From: Eledone cirrhosa
Lineage: Eukaryota
DNA: 64,000 nucleotides
Assembly (NCBI GenBank): GCA_964016885.1
Contig: OZ024740.1
Location: 19,778,001 to 19,842,000, forward strand
Direction of reading: 5' to 3'
The notes below the pieces were generated by a model. The model was not told the DNA's origin, ran no database searches, and was given only the letters and a program-made list of their open reading frames with translations. The translations under genes were made by a program, and so were the position numbers. Position 1 is the stretch's first letter. Each line of letters begins with the position of its first letter. Shown piece by piece: positions 12,501 through 26,600 of the stretch.

Positions 12501-15500
12501 TCTCGACAGCTAACAACTGATGCAGTGTCCTCTCGACAGCTAACATCTGATGCAGTGTCTCGACAGCTAACAACTGATGCAGTGTCCTCTCGACAGCTAA
12601 CAACTGATGCAGTGTACCGACAGCTAACAACTGATGCAGTGTCCTCTCGACAGCTAACAACTGATGCAGTGTCCTCTCGACAGCTAACATCTGATGCAGT
12701 GTCTCGACAGCTAACAACTGATGCAGTGTCTCGACAGCTAACAACTGATGCAGTGTCCTTCCGACAGCTAACAACTGATGCAGTGTCCTCTTGACAGCTA
12801 ACAACTGATGCAGTGATTCGACAGCTAACAACTGATGCAGTGTCCTCTCGACAGCTAACAACTGATGCAGTGATTCGACATCTAACAACTGATACAGTGT
12901 CCTCTCGACAGCTAACAACTGTTGCAGTGTCCCGACAGCTAACAACTGGTGCAGTGTCCTCTCGACAGCTAACAACTGATGCAGTGTCCTCTCGACAGCT
13001 AACAACTGATGCAGTGTACCGACAGCTAACAACTGATGCATTGTCCTCTCGACAGCTAACAACTGATGCAGTGTCCTCTCGACAGCTAACAACTGATGCA
13101 GTGTCCCGACAGCTAACAACTGATGCAGTGTCCTCTCGACATCTAACAACTGATGCAGTGTCCTCTCGACAGCTAACAACTGATGCAGTGTCCCGACAGC
13201 TAACAACTGATGCAGTGTCCTCTCGACAGCTAACAACTGATGCAGTGTCCCGACAGCTAACAACTGATGCAGTGTCCTCTCGAAAGCTAACAACTGATGC
13301 AGTATCCCGACAGCTAACAACTGATGCAGTGTCCCGACAGCTAACAACTGATGCAGTGTCTCGACAGCTAACAACTGATGCAGTGTCCCGACAGCTAACA
13401 ACTGATGCAGTGTCTCGACAGCTAACAACTGATGCAGTGTCTCGACAGCTAACAACTGATGCAGTGTCCTTCCGACAGCTAACAACTGATGCAGTGTCCT
13501 CTCGACAGCTAACAACTGATGCTGTGTCCCAACAGCTAACAACTGATGCAGTGTCCTCTCGACAGCTAACAACTGATGCAGTGATTCGACATCTAACAAC
13601 TGATGCAGTGTCCTCTCGACAGCTAACAACTGATGCAGTGTCCCGACAGCTAACAACTGATGCAGTGTCCTCTCGACTGCTAACAACTGATGCAGTGTCC
13701 TCTCGACAGCTAACAACAGATGCAGTGTCCCGACAGCTAACAACTGATGCAGTGTCTCAACATCTAACAACTGATGCAGTGTCCCGACAGCTAACAACTG
13801 ATACAGTGTCCCGACAGCTAACAACTGATGCATTGTCCTCTCGACAGCTAACAACTGATGCAGTGTCCTCTCGACAGCTAACAATTGATGCAGTGTCTCG
13901 ACAGCTAGCAACTGATGCAGTGTCTCGACAGCTAACAATAGATGCAGTGTCCTTCCGACAGCTAACAACTGATGCAGTGTCCTCTCGACAGCTAACAACC
14001 GATGCAGTGTCCTCTCGACAGCTAACAACTGATGCAGTGTCCCGACAGCTAACAACTGATGCAGTGTCTCGACAGCTAAGAAATGATGCAGTGATTCGAT
14101 AGCTAACAACTGATGGAGTGTCTCGACAGCTAACAACTGATGCAGTGTCCCGACAGCTAACAACTGATGCAGTGTCCTTCCGACAGCTAACAACTGATGC
14201 AGTGTCCTCTCGACAGGTAACAACTGATGCAGTGATTCGACATCTAACAACTGATTCAGTGTCCTCTCGACAGCTAACAACTGATGCAGTGATTCGACAG
14301 TTAACAACTGATGCAGTGTCCTCAGGACAGCTAACAACTAAAGCAGTGATTCGACATCTAACAACTGATACAGTGTCCTCTCGACAGCTAACAACTGATG
14401 CAGTGCTCAGACAGCTAACAACTGATGCAGTGTCCTCGCGACAGCTAACAACTGATGCAGTGTCCCGACAGCTAAAAACTGATGCAGTGTCTCGACAGCT
14501 AACAACTGATGCAGTGTGCTCTCGACAGCTAACAAAATATGCAGTTTCCTCTCGACAGCTAACACCTGATGCAGTGTCCTTTCGACAGCTAACAACTGAT
14601 GCAGTGTCCTCTCGACAGCTAACAAAATATGCAGTTTCTTCTCGACAGCTAACAACTGATGCAGTGTCCTCCCGACAGATAACAACTGATGAAGTGTCCT
14701 CTCGACAGCTAACAACTGATGCAGTGTTCCGACAGCTAACAACTGATGCAGTGTCCCCTCGACAGCTAACAACAGATGCAGTGTCCCAACAGCTAATAAC
14801 TGATGCAGTGTCCCGACAGCTAACAACTGATGCAGTGTCTCGACAGCTAACAACTGTTGCAGTGTCCCGAAAGCTAACATCTGACGCAGTGTCTCGACAG
14901 CTAACAACTGATGCAGTGTCCCGAAAGCTAACAACTGATGCAGTGTCTCGACAACTAACAACTGATGCAGTGTCCCGAAAGCTAACAACTGATGCAGTGT
15001 CTCGACAGCTAACAACTGCTGCAGTGTCCCGACAGCTAACAACTGATGCAGTGTCCCGACAGCTAACAACTGATGCAGTGTCCTCTTGACAGCTAACAAC
15101 TGATGCAGTGTCCTCTCGACAGCTAACAACTGATGCAGTGTCCCGACAGCTAACAACTGACGCAGTGTCCCGACAGCTAACAACTGATGCAGTGCTCAGA
15201 CAGCTAACAACTTATGCAGTGCTCAGACAGCTAACAACTGATGCAGTGTCTCGACAGCTAACAACTGATGCAGTGTCCTCTCGACAGCTAACAACTGATG
15301 CAGTGTCCTCTCGACAGCTAACAACTGATGCAGTGTCTCGACAGCTAACAACTGAATCAGTGTCCTCTCGACAGCTAACAACTGATGCAGTGTCCTCTCG
15401 ACAGCTAACAACTGATGCAGTGTCCTCTCGACAGCTAACAACTGATGCAGTGTCCTCTCGACAGCTAACATCTGATGCAGTGTCTCGACAGCTAACAACT

Positions 15501-17600
15501 GATGCAGTGTCTCGACAGCTAACAACTGATGCAGTGTCCTTCCGACAGTTAACAACTGATGCAGTGTCCTCTTGACAGCTAACAACTGATGCAGTGATTC
15601 GACAGCTAACAACTGATGCAGTGTCCTCTCGACAGCTAACAACTGATGCAGTGATTCGACATCTAACAACTGATACAGTGTCCTCTCGACAGCTAACAAC
15701 TGTTGCAGTGTCCCGACAGCTAACAACTGGTGCAGTGTCCTCTCGACAGCTAACAACTGATGCAGTGTCCTCTCGACAGCTAACAACTGATGCAGTGTAC
15801 CGACAGCTAACAACTGATGCAGTGTCCTCTCGACAGCTAACAACTGATGCAGTGTCCTCTCGACAGCTAACAACTGATGCAGTGTCCCGACAGCTAACAA
15901 CTGATGCAGTGTCCTCTCGACATCTAACAACTGATGCAGTGTCCTCTCGACAGCTAACAACTGATGCAGTGTCCCGACAGCTAACAACTGATGCAGTGTC
16001 TTCTCGACAGCTAACAACTGATGCAGTGTCCCGACAGCTAACAACTGATGCAGTGTCCTCTCGAAAGCTAACAACTGATGCAGTATCCCGACAGCTAACA
16101 ACTGATGCAGTGTCCCGACAGCTAACAACTGATGCAGTGTCTCGAGAGCTAACAACTGATGCAGTGTCCCGTCAGCTAACAACTGATGCAGTGTCTCGAC
16201 AGCTAACAACTGATGCAGTGTCTCGACAGCTAACAACTGTAGCAGTGATTCGACATCTAACAACTGATGCAGTGTCCTCTCGACAGCTAACAACTGATGC
16301 AGTGTCCCGACAGCTAACAACTGATGCAGTGTCCTCTCGACAGCTAACAACTGATGCAGTGTCCTCTCGACAGCTAACAACTGATGCAGTGTCCCGACAG
16401 CTAACAACTGATGCAGTGTCTCGACATCTAACAACTGATGCAGTGTCCCGACAGCTAACAACTGATACAGTGTCCCGACAGCTAACAACTGATGCAGTGT
16501 CCTCTCGACAGCTAACAACTGATGCAGTGTACTGTCGACAGCTAACAATTGATGCAGTGTCTCGACAGCTAGCAACTGATGCAGTGTCTCGACAGCTAAC
16601 AATAGATGCAGTGTCCTTCCGACAGCTAACAACTGATGCAGTGTCCTCTTGACAGCTAACAACCGATGCAGTGTCCTCTCGACAGCTAACAACTGATGCA
16701 GTGTCCCGACAGCTAACAACTGATGCAGTGTCTCGACAGCTAAGAAATGATGCAGTGATTCGACAGCTAACAACTGATGGAGTGTCTCGACAGCTAACAA
16801 CTGATGCAGTGTCTCGACAGCTAACAACTGATGCAGTGTCCTTCCGACAGCTAACAACTGATGCAGTGTCCTCTCGACAGGTAACAACTGATGCAGTGAT
16901 TCGACATCTAACAACTGATTCAGTGTCCTCTCGACAGCTAACAACTGATGCAGTGATTCGACAGTTAACAACTGATGCAGTGTCCTCAGGACAGCTAACA
17001 ACTAAAGCAGTGATTCGACATCTAACAACTGTTACAGTGTCCTCTCGACAGCTAACAACTGATGCAGTGCTCAGACAGCTAACAACTGATGCAGTGTCCC
17101 GACAGCTAACAACTGATGCAGTGTCCCGACAGCTAACAACTGATGCAGTGTCCCGACAGCTAACAACTGATACAGTGACCCGACAGCTAACAACTGATGC
17201 AGTGTCCTCTCGACAGCTAACAACTGATGCAGTGTCCTCTCGACAGCTAACAACTGATGCAGTGTCCCGACAGCTAACAACTGATGCAGTGTCTCGACAT
17301 CTAACAACTGATGCAGTGTCCCAACAGCTAACAACTGATGCAGTGTCCTCTCGACAGCTGACAACTGATGCAGTATCCCGACAGCTAACAACTGATGCAG
17401 TGTCCTCTCGACAGCTAACAACTGATGCAGTATCCCGACAGCTAACAACTGATCCAGTGTCCTCTCGACAGCTAACAACTGATGCAGTGTCCTCTCGACA
17501 GCTAACAACTGATGCAGTGTCCCGACAGCTAACAACTGATGCAGTGTCCTCTCGACAGCTAACAACTGATGCAGTGTCCCGACAGCTAACAACTGTTGCA
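6560..17600 (+). repeat. Dispersed ~2.4-kb block duplication: ~6560-8970 recurs at ~15190-17600 (offset 8631)
   Basis: ORFs 6592..8370/15223..17001, 6963/15594 and 8040/16671 are all offset by 8631. Shared rare variants include CGA-GAG, CGT-CAG, ACT-GTA, TAC-TGT and GTT-ACA. Confidence 0.85.
9200..15380 (+). repeat. ~3.07-3.10-kb tandem higher-order duplication (two copies)
   Basis: ORFs 9747..11036 and 12813..14102 (both 429 aa) and starts 11052/14118 are offset by 3066. Starts 12012/15108 are offset by 3096, one extra 30-mer. The order of rare variants is the same. Confidence 0.85.
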
Positions 17601-20600
17601 GTGTCCTCTCGAAAGCTAACAACTGATGCAGTGTCTCGACAGCTAACAACTGATGCAGTGACCCGACAGCTAACAACTGATGCAGTGATTCGACATCTAA
17701 CAACTGATGCAGTGTCCTCTCGACAGCTAACAACTGATGCAGTGTCCTCTCAACAGCTAACAACTGATGCAGTGTCCTCTCGACAGCTAACAACTGATGC
17801 AGTGTCCTCTCGACAGCTAACAACTGATGCAGTGTCCTCTCGACAGCTAACAACTGATGCAGTGTCCCGACAGCTAACAACTGATGCAGTGTCCTCTCGA
17901 CAGCTAACAACTGATGCAGTGTCCTCTCGACAGCTAACAACTGATGCAGTGTCCCGACAGCTAACAACTGATGCAGTGTCCTCTCGACAGCTAACAACTG
18001 ATGCAGTGTCCTCTCGACAGCTAACAACTGATGCAGTGATTCGACAGCTAACAACTGATGCATTGTCCTCTCGACAGCTAACAACTGATGCAGTGTCCTC
18101 TCGACAGCTAACAACTGATGCAGTGTCCCGACAGCTAACAACTGATGCAGTGTCCTCTCGACAGCTAACAACTGATGCAGTGTCCCGACAGCTAACAACT
18201 GATGCAGTGTCCTCTCGAAAGCTAACAACTGATGCAGTGTCCCGACAGCTAACAACTGATGCAGTGTCCCGACAGCTAACAACTGATGCAGTGTCTCGAC
18301 AGCTAACAACTGATGCAGTGTCCCGACAGCTAACAACTGATGCAGTGTCTCGACAGCTAACAACTGATGCAGTGTCTCGACAGCTAACAACTGATGCAGT
18401 GTCCTTCCGACAGCTAACAACTGATGCAGTGTCCGCTCGACAGCTAACAACTGATGCAGTGATTCGACAGCTAACAACTGATGCAGTGTCCTCTCGACAG
18501 CTAACAACTGATGCAGTGATTCGACATCTAACAACTGATACAGTGTCCTCTCGACAGCTAGCAACTGATGCAGTGTCCCGACAGCTAACAACTGATGCAG
18601 TGTCCTCTCGACAGCTAACAACTGATGCAGTGTCCTCTCGACAGCTAACAACTGATGCAGTGTCCCGACATCTAACAACTGATGCAGTGTCCTCTCGACA
18701 GCTAACAACTGATGCAGTGTCCTCTCGACAGCTAACAACTGATGCAGTGTCCTCTCGACAGCTAACAACTGATGCAGTGTCCCGACAGCTAACAACTGAT
18801 GCAGTGTCTCGACATCTAACAACTGATGCAGTGTCCCGACAGCTAACAACTGATACAGTGTCCCGACAGCTAACAACTGATGCAGTGTCCTCTCGACAGC
18901 TAACAACTGATGCAGTGTCCTCTCGACAGCTAACAACTGATGCAGTGTCCCGACAGCTAACAACTGATGCAGTGTCTCGACATCTAACAGCTGATGCAGT
19001 GTCCCAACAGCTAACAACTGATGCAGTGTCCTCTCGACAGCTAACAACTGATGCAGTGTCCCGACAGCTAACAACTGATGCAGTGTCCTCTCGACAGCTA
19101 ACAACTGATGCAGTGTCCTCTCGACAGCTAACAACTGATGCAGTGTCCCGACAGCTAACAACTGATGCAGTGTCCTCTCGACAGCTAACAACTGATGCAG
19201 TGTCCTTCCGACAGCTAACAACTGATGCAGTGTCCTCTCGACAGCTAAAAACTGATGCAGTGATTCGACATCTAACAACTGATGCAGTGTCCTCTCGACA
19301 GCTAACAACTGATGCAGTGATACGACAGCTAACAACTGATGCAGTGTCCTCTCGACAGCTAACAACTGATGCAGTGTCCCGACAGCTAACAACTGTTGCA
19401 GTGTCCTCTCGAAAGCTAACAACTGATGCAGTGTCTCGACAGCTAACAACTGATGCAGTGACCCGACAGCTAACAACTGATGCAGTGATTCGACATCTAA
19501 CAACTGATGCAGTGTCCTCTCGACAGCTAACAACTGATGCAGTGTCCTCTCAACAGCTAACAACTGATGCAGTGTCCTCTCGACAGCTAACAACTGATGC
19601 AGTGTCCTCTCGACAGCTAACAACTGATGCAGTGTCCCGACAGCTAACAACTGATGCAGTGTCCTCTCGACAGCTAACAACTGATGCAGTGTCCTCTCGA
19701 CAGCTAACAACTGATGCAGTGTCCCGACAGCTAACAACTGATGCAGTGTCCTCTCGACAGCTAACAACTGATGCAGTGTCCTTCCGACAGCTGACAACTG
19801 ATGCAGTGTCCTCTCGACAGCTAAAAACTGATGCAGTGATTCGACATCTAACAACTGATGCAGTGTCCTCTCGACAGCTAACAACTGATGCAGTGATTCG
19901 ACAGCTAACAACTGATGCATTGTCCTCTCGACAGCTAACAACTGATGCAGTGTCCTCTCGACAGCTAACAACTGATGCAGTGTCCCGACAGCTAACAACT
20001 GATGCAGTGTCCTCTCGACAGCTAACAACTGATGCAGTGTCCCGACAGCTAACAACTGATGCAGTGTCCTCTCGAAAGCTAACAACTGATGCAGTGTCCC
20101 GACAGCTAACAACTGATGCAGTGTCCCGACAGCTAACAACTGATGCAGTGTCTCGACAGCTAACAACTGATGCAGTGTCCCGACAGCTAACAACTGATGC
20201 AGTGTCTCGACAGCTAACAACTGATGCAGTGTCTCGACAGCTAACAACTGATGCAGTGTCCTTCCGACAGCTAACAACTGATGCAGTGTCCGCTCGACAG
20301 CTAACAACTGATGCAGTGATTCGACAGCTAACAACTGATGCAGTGTCCTCTCGACAGCTAACAACTGATGCAGTGATTCGACATCTAACAACTGATACAG
20401 TGTCCTCTCGACAGCTAGCAACTGATGCAGTGTCCCGACAGCTAACAACTGATGCAGTGTCCTCTCGACAGCTAACAACTGATGCAGTGTCCTCTCGACA
20501 GCTAACAACTGATGCAGTGTCCCGACATCTAACAACTGATGCAGTGTCCTCTCGACAGCTAACAACTGATGCAGTGTCCGCTCGACAGCTAACAACTGAT

Positions 20601-23600
20601 GCAGTGATTCGACAGCTAACAACTGATGCAGTGTCCTCTCGACAGCTAACAACTGATGCAGTGATTCGACATCTAACAACTGATACAGTGTCCTCTCGAC
20701 AGCTAGCAACTGATGCAGTGTCCCGACAGCTAACAACTGATGCAGTGTCCTCTCGACAGCTAACAACTGATGCAGTGTCCTCTCGACAGCTAACAACTGA
20801 TGCAGTGTCCCGACATCTAACAACTGATGCAGTGTCCTCTCGACAGCTAACAACTGATGCAGTGTCCTCTCGACAGCTAACAACTGATGCAGTGTCCTCT
20901 CGACAGCTAACAACTGATGCAGTGTCCCGACAGCTAACAACTGATGCAGTGTCTCGACATCTAACAACTGATGCAGTGTCCCGACAGCTAACAACTGATA
21001 CAGTGTCCCGACAGCTAACAACTGATGCAGTGTCCTCTCGACAGCTAACAACTGATGCAGTGTCCTCTCGACAGCTAACAACTGATGCAGTGTCCCGACA
21101 GCTAACAACTGATGCAGTGTCTCGACATCTAACAGCTGATGCAGTGTCCCAACAGCTAACAACTGATGCAGTGTCCTCTCGACAGCTAACAACTGATGCA
21201 GTGTCCCGACAGCTAACAACTGGTGCAGTGTCCTCTCGACAGCTAACAACTGATGCAGTGTCCTCTCGACAGCTAACAACTGATGCAGTGTCCCGACAGC
21301 TAACAACTGATGCAGTGTCCTCTCGACAGCTAACAACTGATGCAGTGTCCTTCCGACAGCTAACAACTGATGCAGTGTCCTCTCGACAGCTAAAAACTGA
21401 TGCAGTGATTCGACATCTAACAACTGATGCAGTGTCCTCTCGACAGCTAACAACTGATGCAGTGATACGACAGCTAACAACTGATGCAGTGTCCTCTCGA
21501 CAGCTAACAACTGATGCAGTGTCCCGACAGCTAACAACTGTTGCAGTGTCCTCTCGAAAGCTAACAACTGATGCAGTGTCTCGACAGCTAACAACTGATG
21601 CAGTGACCCGACAGCTAACAACTGATGCAGTGATTCGACATCTAACAACTGATGCAGTGTCCTCTCGACAGCTAACAACTGATGCAGTGTCCTCTCAACA
21701 GCTAACAACTGATGCAGTGTCCTCTCGACAGCTAACAACTGATGCAGTGTCCTCTCGACAGCTAACAACTGATGCAGTGTCCCGACAGCTAACAACTGAT
21801 GCAGTGTCCTCTCGACAGCTAACAACTGATGCAGTGTCCTCTCGACAGCTAACAACTGATGCAGTGTCCCGACAGCTAACAACTGATGCAGTGTCCTCTC
21901 GACAGCTAACAACTGATGCAGTGTCCTTCCGACAGCTGACAACTGATGCAGTGTCCTCTCGACAGCTAAGAACTGATGCAGTGATTCGACATCTAACAAC
22001 TGATGCAGTGTCCTCTCGACAGCTAACAACTGATGCAGTGATTCGACAGCTAACAACTGATGCATTGTCCTCTCGACAGCTAACAACTGATGCAGTGTCC
22101 TCTCGACAGCTAACAACTGATGCAGTGTCCCGACAGCTAACAACTGATGCAGTGTCCTCTCGACAGCTAACAACTGATGCAGTGTCCCGACAGCTAACAA
22201 CTGATGCAGTGTCCTCTCGAAAGCTAACAACTGATGCAGTGTCCCGACAGCTAACAACTGATGCAGTGTCCCGACAGCTAACAACTGATGCAGTGTCTCG
22301 ACAGCTAACAACTGATGCAGTGTCCCGACAGCTAACAACTGATGCAGTGTCTCGACAGCTAACAACTGATGCAGTGTCTCGACAGCTAACAACTGATGCA
22401 GTGTCCTTCCGACAGCTAACAACTGATGCAGTGTCCGCTCGACAGCTAACAACTGATGCAGTGATTCGACAGCTAACAACTGATGCAGTGTCCTCTCGAC
22501 AGCTAACAACTGATGCAGTGATTCGACATCTAACAACTGATACAGTGTCCTCTCGACAGCTAGCAACTGATGCAGTGTCCCGACAGCTAACAACTGATGC
22601 AGTGTCCTCTCGACAGCTAACAACTGATGCAGTGTCCTCTCGACAGCTAACAACTGATGCAGTGTCCCGACATCTAACAACTGATGCAGTGTCCTCTCGA
22701 CAGCTAACAATTGATGCAGTGTCCTCTCGACAGCTAACAACTGATGCAGTGTCCTCTCGACAGCTAACAACTGATGCAGTGTCCCGACAGCTAACAACTG
22801 ATGCAGTGTCTCGACATCTAACAACTGATGCAGTGTCCCGACAGCTAACAACTGATACAGTGTCCCGACAGCTAACAACTGATGCAGTGTCCTCTCGACA
22901 GCTAACAACTGATGCAGTGTCCTCTCGACAGCTAACAACTGATGCAGTGTCCCGACAGCTAACAACTGATGCAGTGTCTCGACATCTAACAGCTGATGCA
23001 GTGTCCCAACAGCTAACAACTGATGCAGTGTCCTCTCGACAGCTAACAACTGATGCAGTGTCCCGACAGCTAACAACTGATGCAGTGTCCTCTCGACAGC
23101 TAACAACTGATGCAGTGTCCTCTCGACAGCTAACAACTGATGCAGTGTCCCGACAGCTAACAACTGATGCAGTGTCCTCTCGACAGCTAACAACTGATGC
23201 AGTGTCCATCCGACAGCTAACAACTGATGCAGTATCCTCTCGACAGCTAAAAACTGATGCAGTGATTCGACATCTAACAACTGATGCAGTGTCCTCTCGA
23301 CAGCTAACAACTGATGCAGTGATACGACAGCTAACAACTGATGCAGTGTCCTCTCGACAGCTAACAACTGATGCAGTGTCCTCTCGACAGCTAACAACTG
23401 ATGCAGTGTCCCGACAGCTAACAACTGATGCAGTGTCCTCTCGACAGCTAACAACTGATGCAGTGTCCCGACAGCTAACAACTGATGCAGTGTCCCGACA
23501 GTTAACAACTGATGCAGTGTCTCGACAGCTAACAACTGATGCAGTGTCCCGACAACTAACAACTGATGCAGTGTCCCGACAGTTAACAACTGATGCAGTG

Positions 23601-26600
23601 TCTCGACAGCTAACAACTGATGCAGTGTCCCGACAGCTATCAACTGATGCAGTGTCTCGACAGCTAACAACTGATGCAGTGTCTCGACAGCTAACAACTG
23701 ATGCAGTGTCCTTCCGACAGCTAACAACTGATGCAGTGTCCTCTCGACAGCTAACAACTGATGCAGTGATTCGACATCTAACAACTGATACAGTGTCCTC
23801 TCGACAGCTAACAACTGATGCAGTGTCCCGACAGCTAACAACTGATGCAGTGTCCTCTCGACAGCTAACAACTGATGCAGTGTCCTCTCGACAGCTAACA
23901 ACTGATGCAGTGTCCCGACATCTAACAACTGATGCAGTGTCCTCTCGACAGCTAACAACTGATGCAGTGTCCTCTCGACAGCTAACAACTGATGCAGTGT
24001 CACGACAGCTAACAACTGATGCAGTGATTCGACAGCTAACAACTGATGCAGTGTCCTCTCGACAGCTAACAACTGATGCAGTGTCCCGACATCTAACAAC
24101 TGATGCAGTGTCCTCTCGACAGCTAACAACTGATGCAGTGTCCTCTCGACATCTAACAACTGATGCAGTGTCCTCTCGACAGCTAACAACTGATGCAGTG
24201 TCCTCTCGACAGCTAACAACTGATGCAGTGTCCTCTCGACAGCTAACAACTGATGCAGTGTCCTCTCGACAGCTAACAACTGATGCAGTGTCCTCTCGAC
24301 AGCTAACAACTGATGCAGTGTCTCGACAGCTAACAACTGATGCAGTGTCCCGACAGCTAACAACTGATGCAGTGTCTCGACAGCTAACAACTGATGCAGT
24401 GTCTCGACAGCTAACAACTGATGCAGTGTCCTTCCGACAGTTAACAACTGATGCAGTGTCCTCTCGACGGCTAACAACTGATGCAGTGATTCGACAGCTA
24501 ACAACTGATGCAGTGATTCGACATCTAACAACTGATACAGTGTCCTCTCGACAGCTAACAACTGATGCAGTGTCCCGACAGCTAACAACTGATGCAGTGT
24601 CCTCTCGACAGCTAACAACTGATGCAGTGTCCTCTCGACAGCTAACAACTGATGCAGTGTCCCGACATCTAACAACTGATGCAGTGTCCCCTCGACAGCT
24701 AACAACTGATGCAGTGTCCTCTCGACAGCTAACAACTGATGCAGTGTCCTCTCGACAGCTAACAACTGATGCAGTGTCCCGACAGCTAACAACTGATGCA
24801 GTGTCTCGACATCTAACAACTGATGCAGTGTCCCGACAGCTAACAACTGATACAGTGTCCCGACAGCTAACAACTGATGCAGTGTCCTCTCGACAGCTAA
24901 CAACTGATGCAGTGTCCTCTCGACAGCTAACAACTGATGCAGTGTCCCGACAGCTAACAACTGATGCAGTGTCTCGACATCTAACAACTGATGCAGTGTC
25001 CCAACAGCTAACAACTGATGCAGTGTCCTCTCGACAGCTAACAACTGATGCAGTGTCCCGACAGCTAACAACTGATGCAGTATCCCGACAGCTAACAACT
25101 GATGCAGTGTCCTCTCGACAGCTAACAACTGATGCAGTGTCCTCTCGACAGCTAACAACTGATGCTGTGTCCCAACAGCTAACAACTGATGCAGTGTCCT
25201 CTCGACAGCTAACAACTGATGCAGTGTCCCGACAGCTAACAACTGATGCAGTGTCCTCTCGAAAGCTAACAACTGATGTAGTTTCTCGACAGCTAACAAC
25301 TGATGCAGTGACCCGACAGCTAACAACTGATGCAGTGTCTCGACATCTAACAGCTGATGCAGTGTCCCAACAGCTAACAACTGATGCAGTGTCCTCTCGA
25401 CAGCTAACAACTGATGCAGTGTCCCGACAGCTAACAACTGATGCAGTGTCCTCTCGACAGCTAACAACTGATGCAGTGTCCTCTCGACAGCTAACAACTG
25501 ATGCAGTGTCCCGACAGCTAACAACTGATGCAGTGTCCTCTCGACAGCTAACAACTGATGCAGTGTCCATCCGACAGCTAACAACTGATGCAGTGTCCTC
25601 TCGACAGCTAAAAACTGATGCAGTGATTCGACATCTAACAACTGATGCAGTGTCCTCTCGACAGCTAACAACTGATGCAGTGATACGACAGCTAACAACT
25701 GATGCAGTGTCCTCTCGACAGCTAACAACTGATGCAGTGTCCCGACAGCTAACAACTGATGCAGTGTCCTCTCGACAGCTAACAACTGATGCAGTGTCCC
25801 GACAGCTAACAACTGATACAGTGTCCTCTCGAAAGCTAACAACTGATGCAGTGTCCCGACAACTAACAACTGATGCAGTGTCCCGACAGTTAACAACTGA
25901 TGCAGTGTCTCGACAGCTAACAACTGATGCAGTGTCCCGACAGCTATCAACTGATGCAGTGTCTCGACAGCTAACAACTGATGCAGTGTCTCGACAGCTA
26001 ACAACTGATGCAGTGTCCTTCCGACAGCTAACAACTGATGCAGTGTCCTCTCGACAGCTAACAACTGATGCAGTGATTCGACATCTAACAACTGATACAG
26101 TGTCCTCTCGACAGCTAACAACTGATGCAGTGTCCCGACAGCTAACAACTGATGCAGTGTCCTCTCGACAGCTAACAACTGATGCAGTGTCCTCTCGACA
26201 GCTAACAACTGATGCAGTGTCCCGACATCTAACAACTGATGCAGTGTCCTCTCGACAGCTAACAACTGATGCAGTGTCCTCTCGACAGCTAACAACTGAT
26301 GCAGTGTCCCGACAGCTAACAACTGATGCAGTGATTCGACAGCTAACAACTGATGCAGTGTCCTCTCGACAGCTAACATCTGATGCAGTGTCCCGACATC
26401 TAACAACTGATGCAGTGTCCTCTCGACAGCTAACAACTGATGCAGTGTCCTCTCGACATCTAACAACTGATGCAGTGTCCTCTCGACAGCTAACAACTGA
26501 TGCAGTGTCCTCTCGACAGCTAACAACTGATGCAGTGTCCTCTCGACAGCTAACAACTGATGCAGTGTCCTCTCGACAGCTAACAACTGATGCAGTGTCC

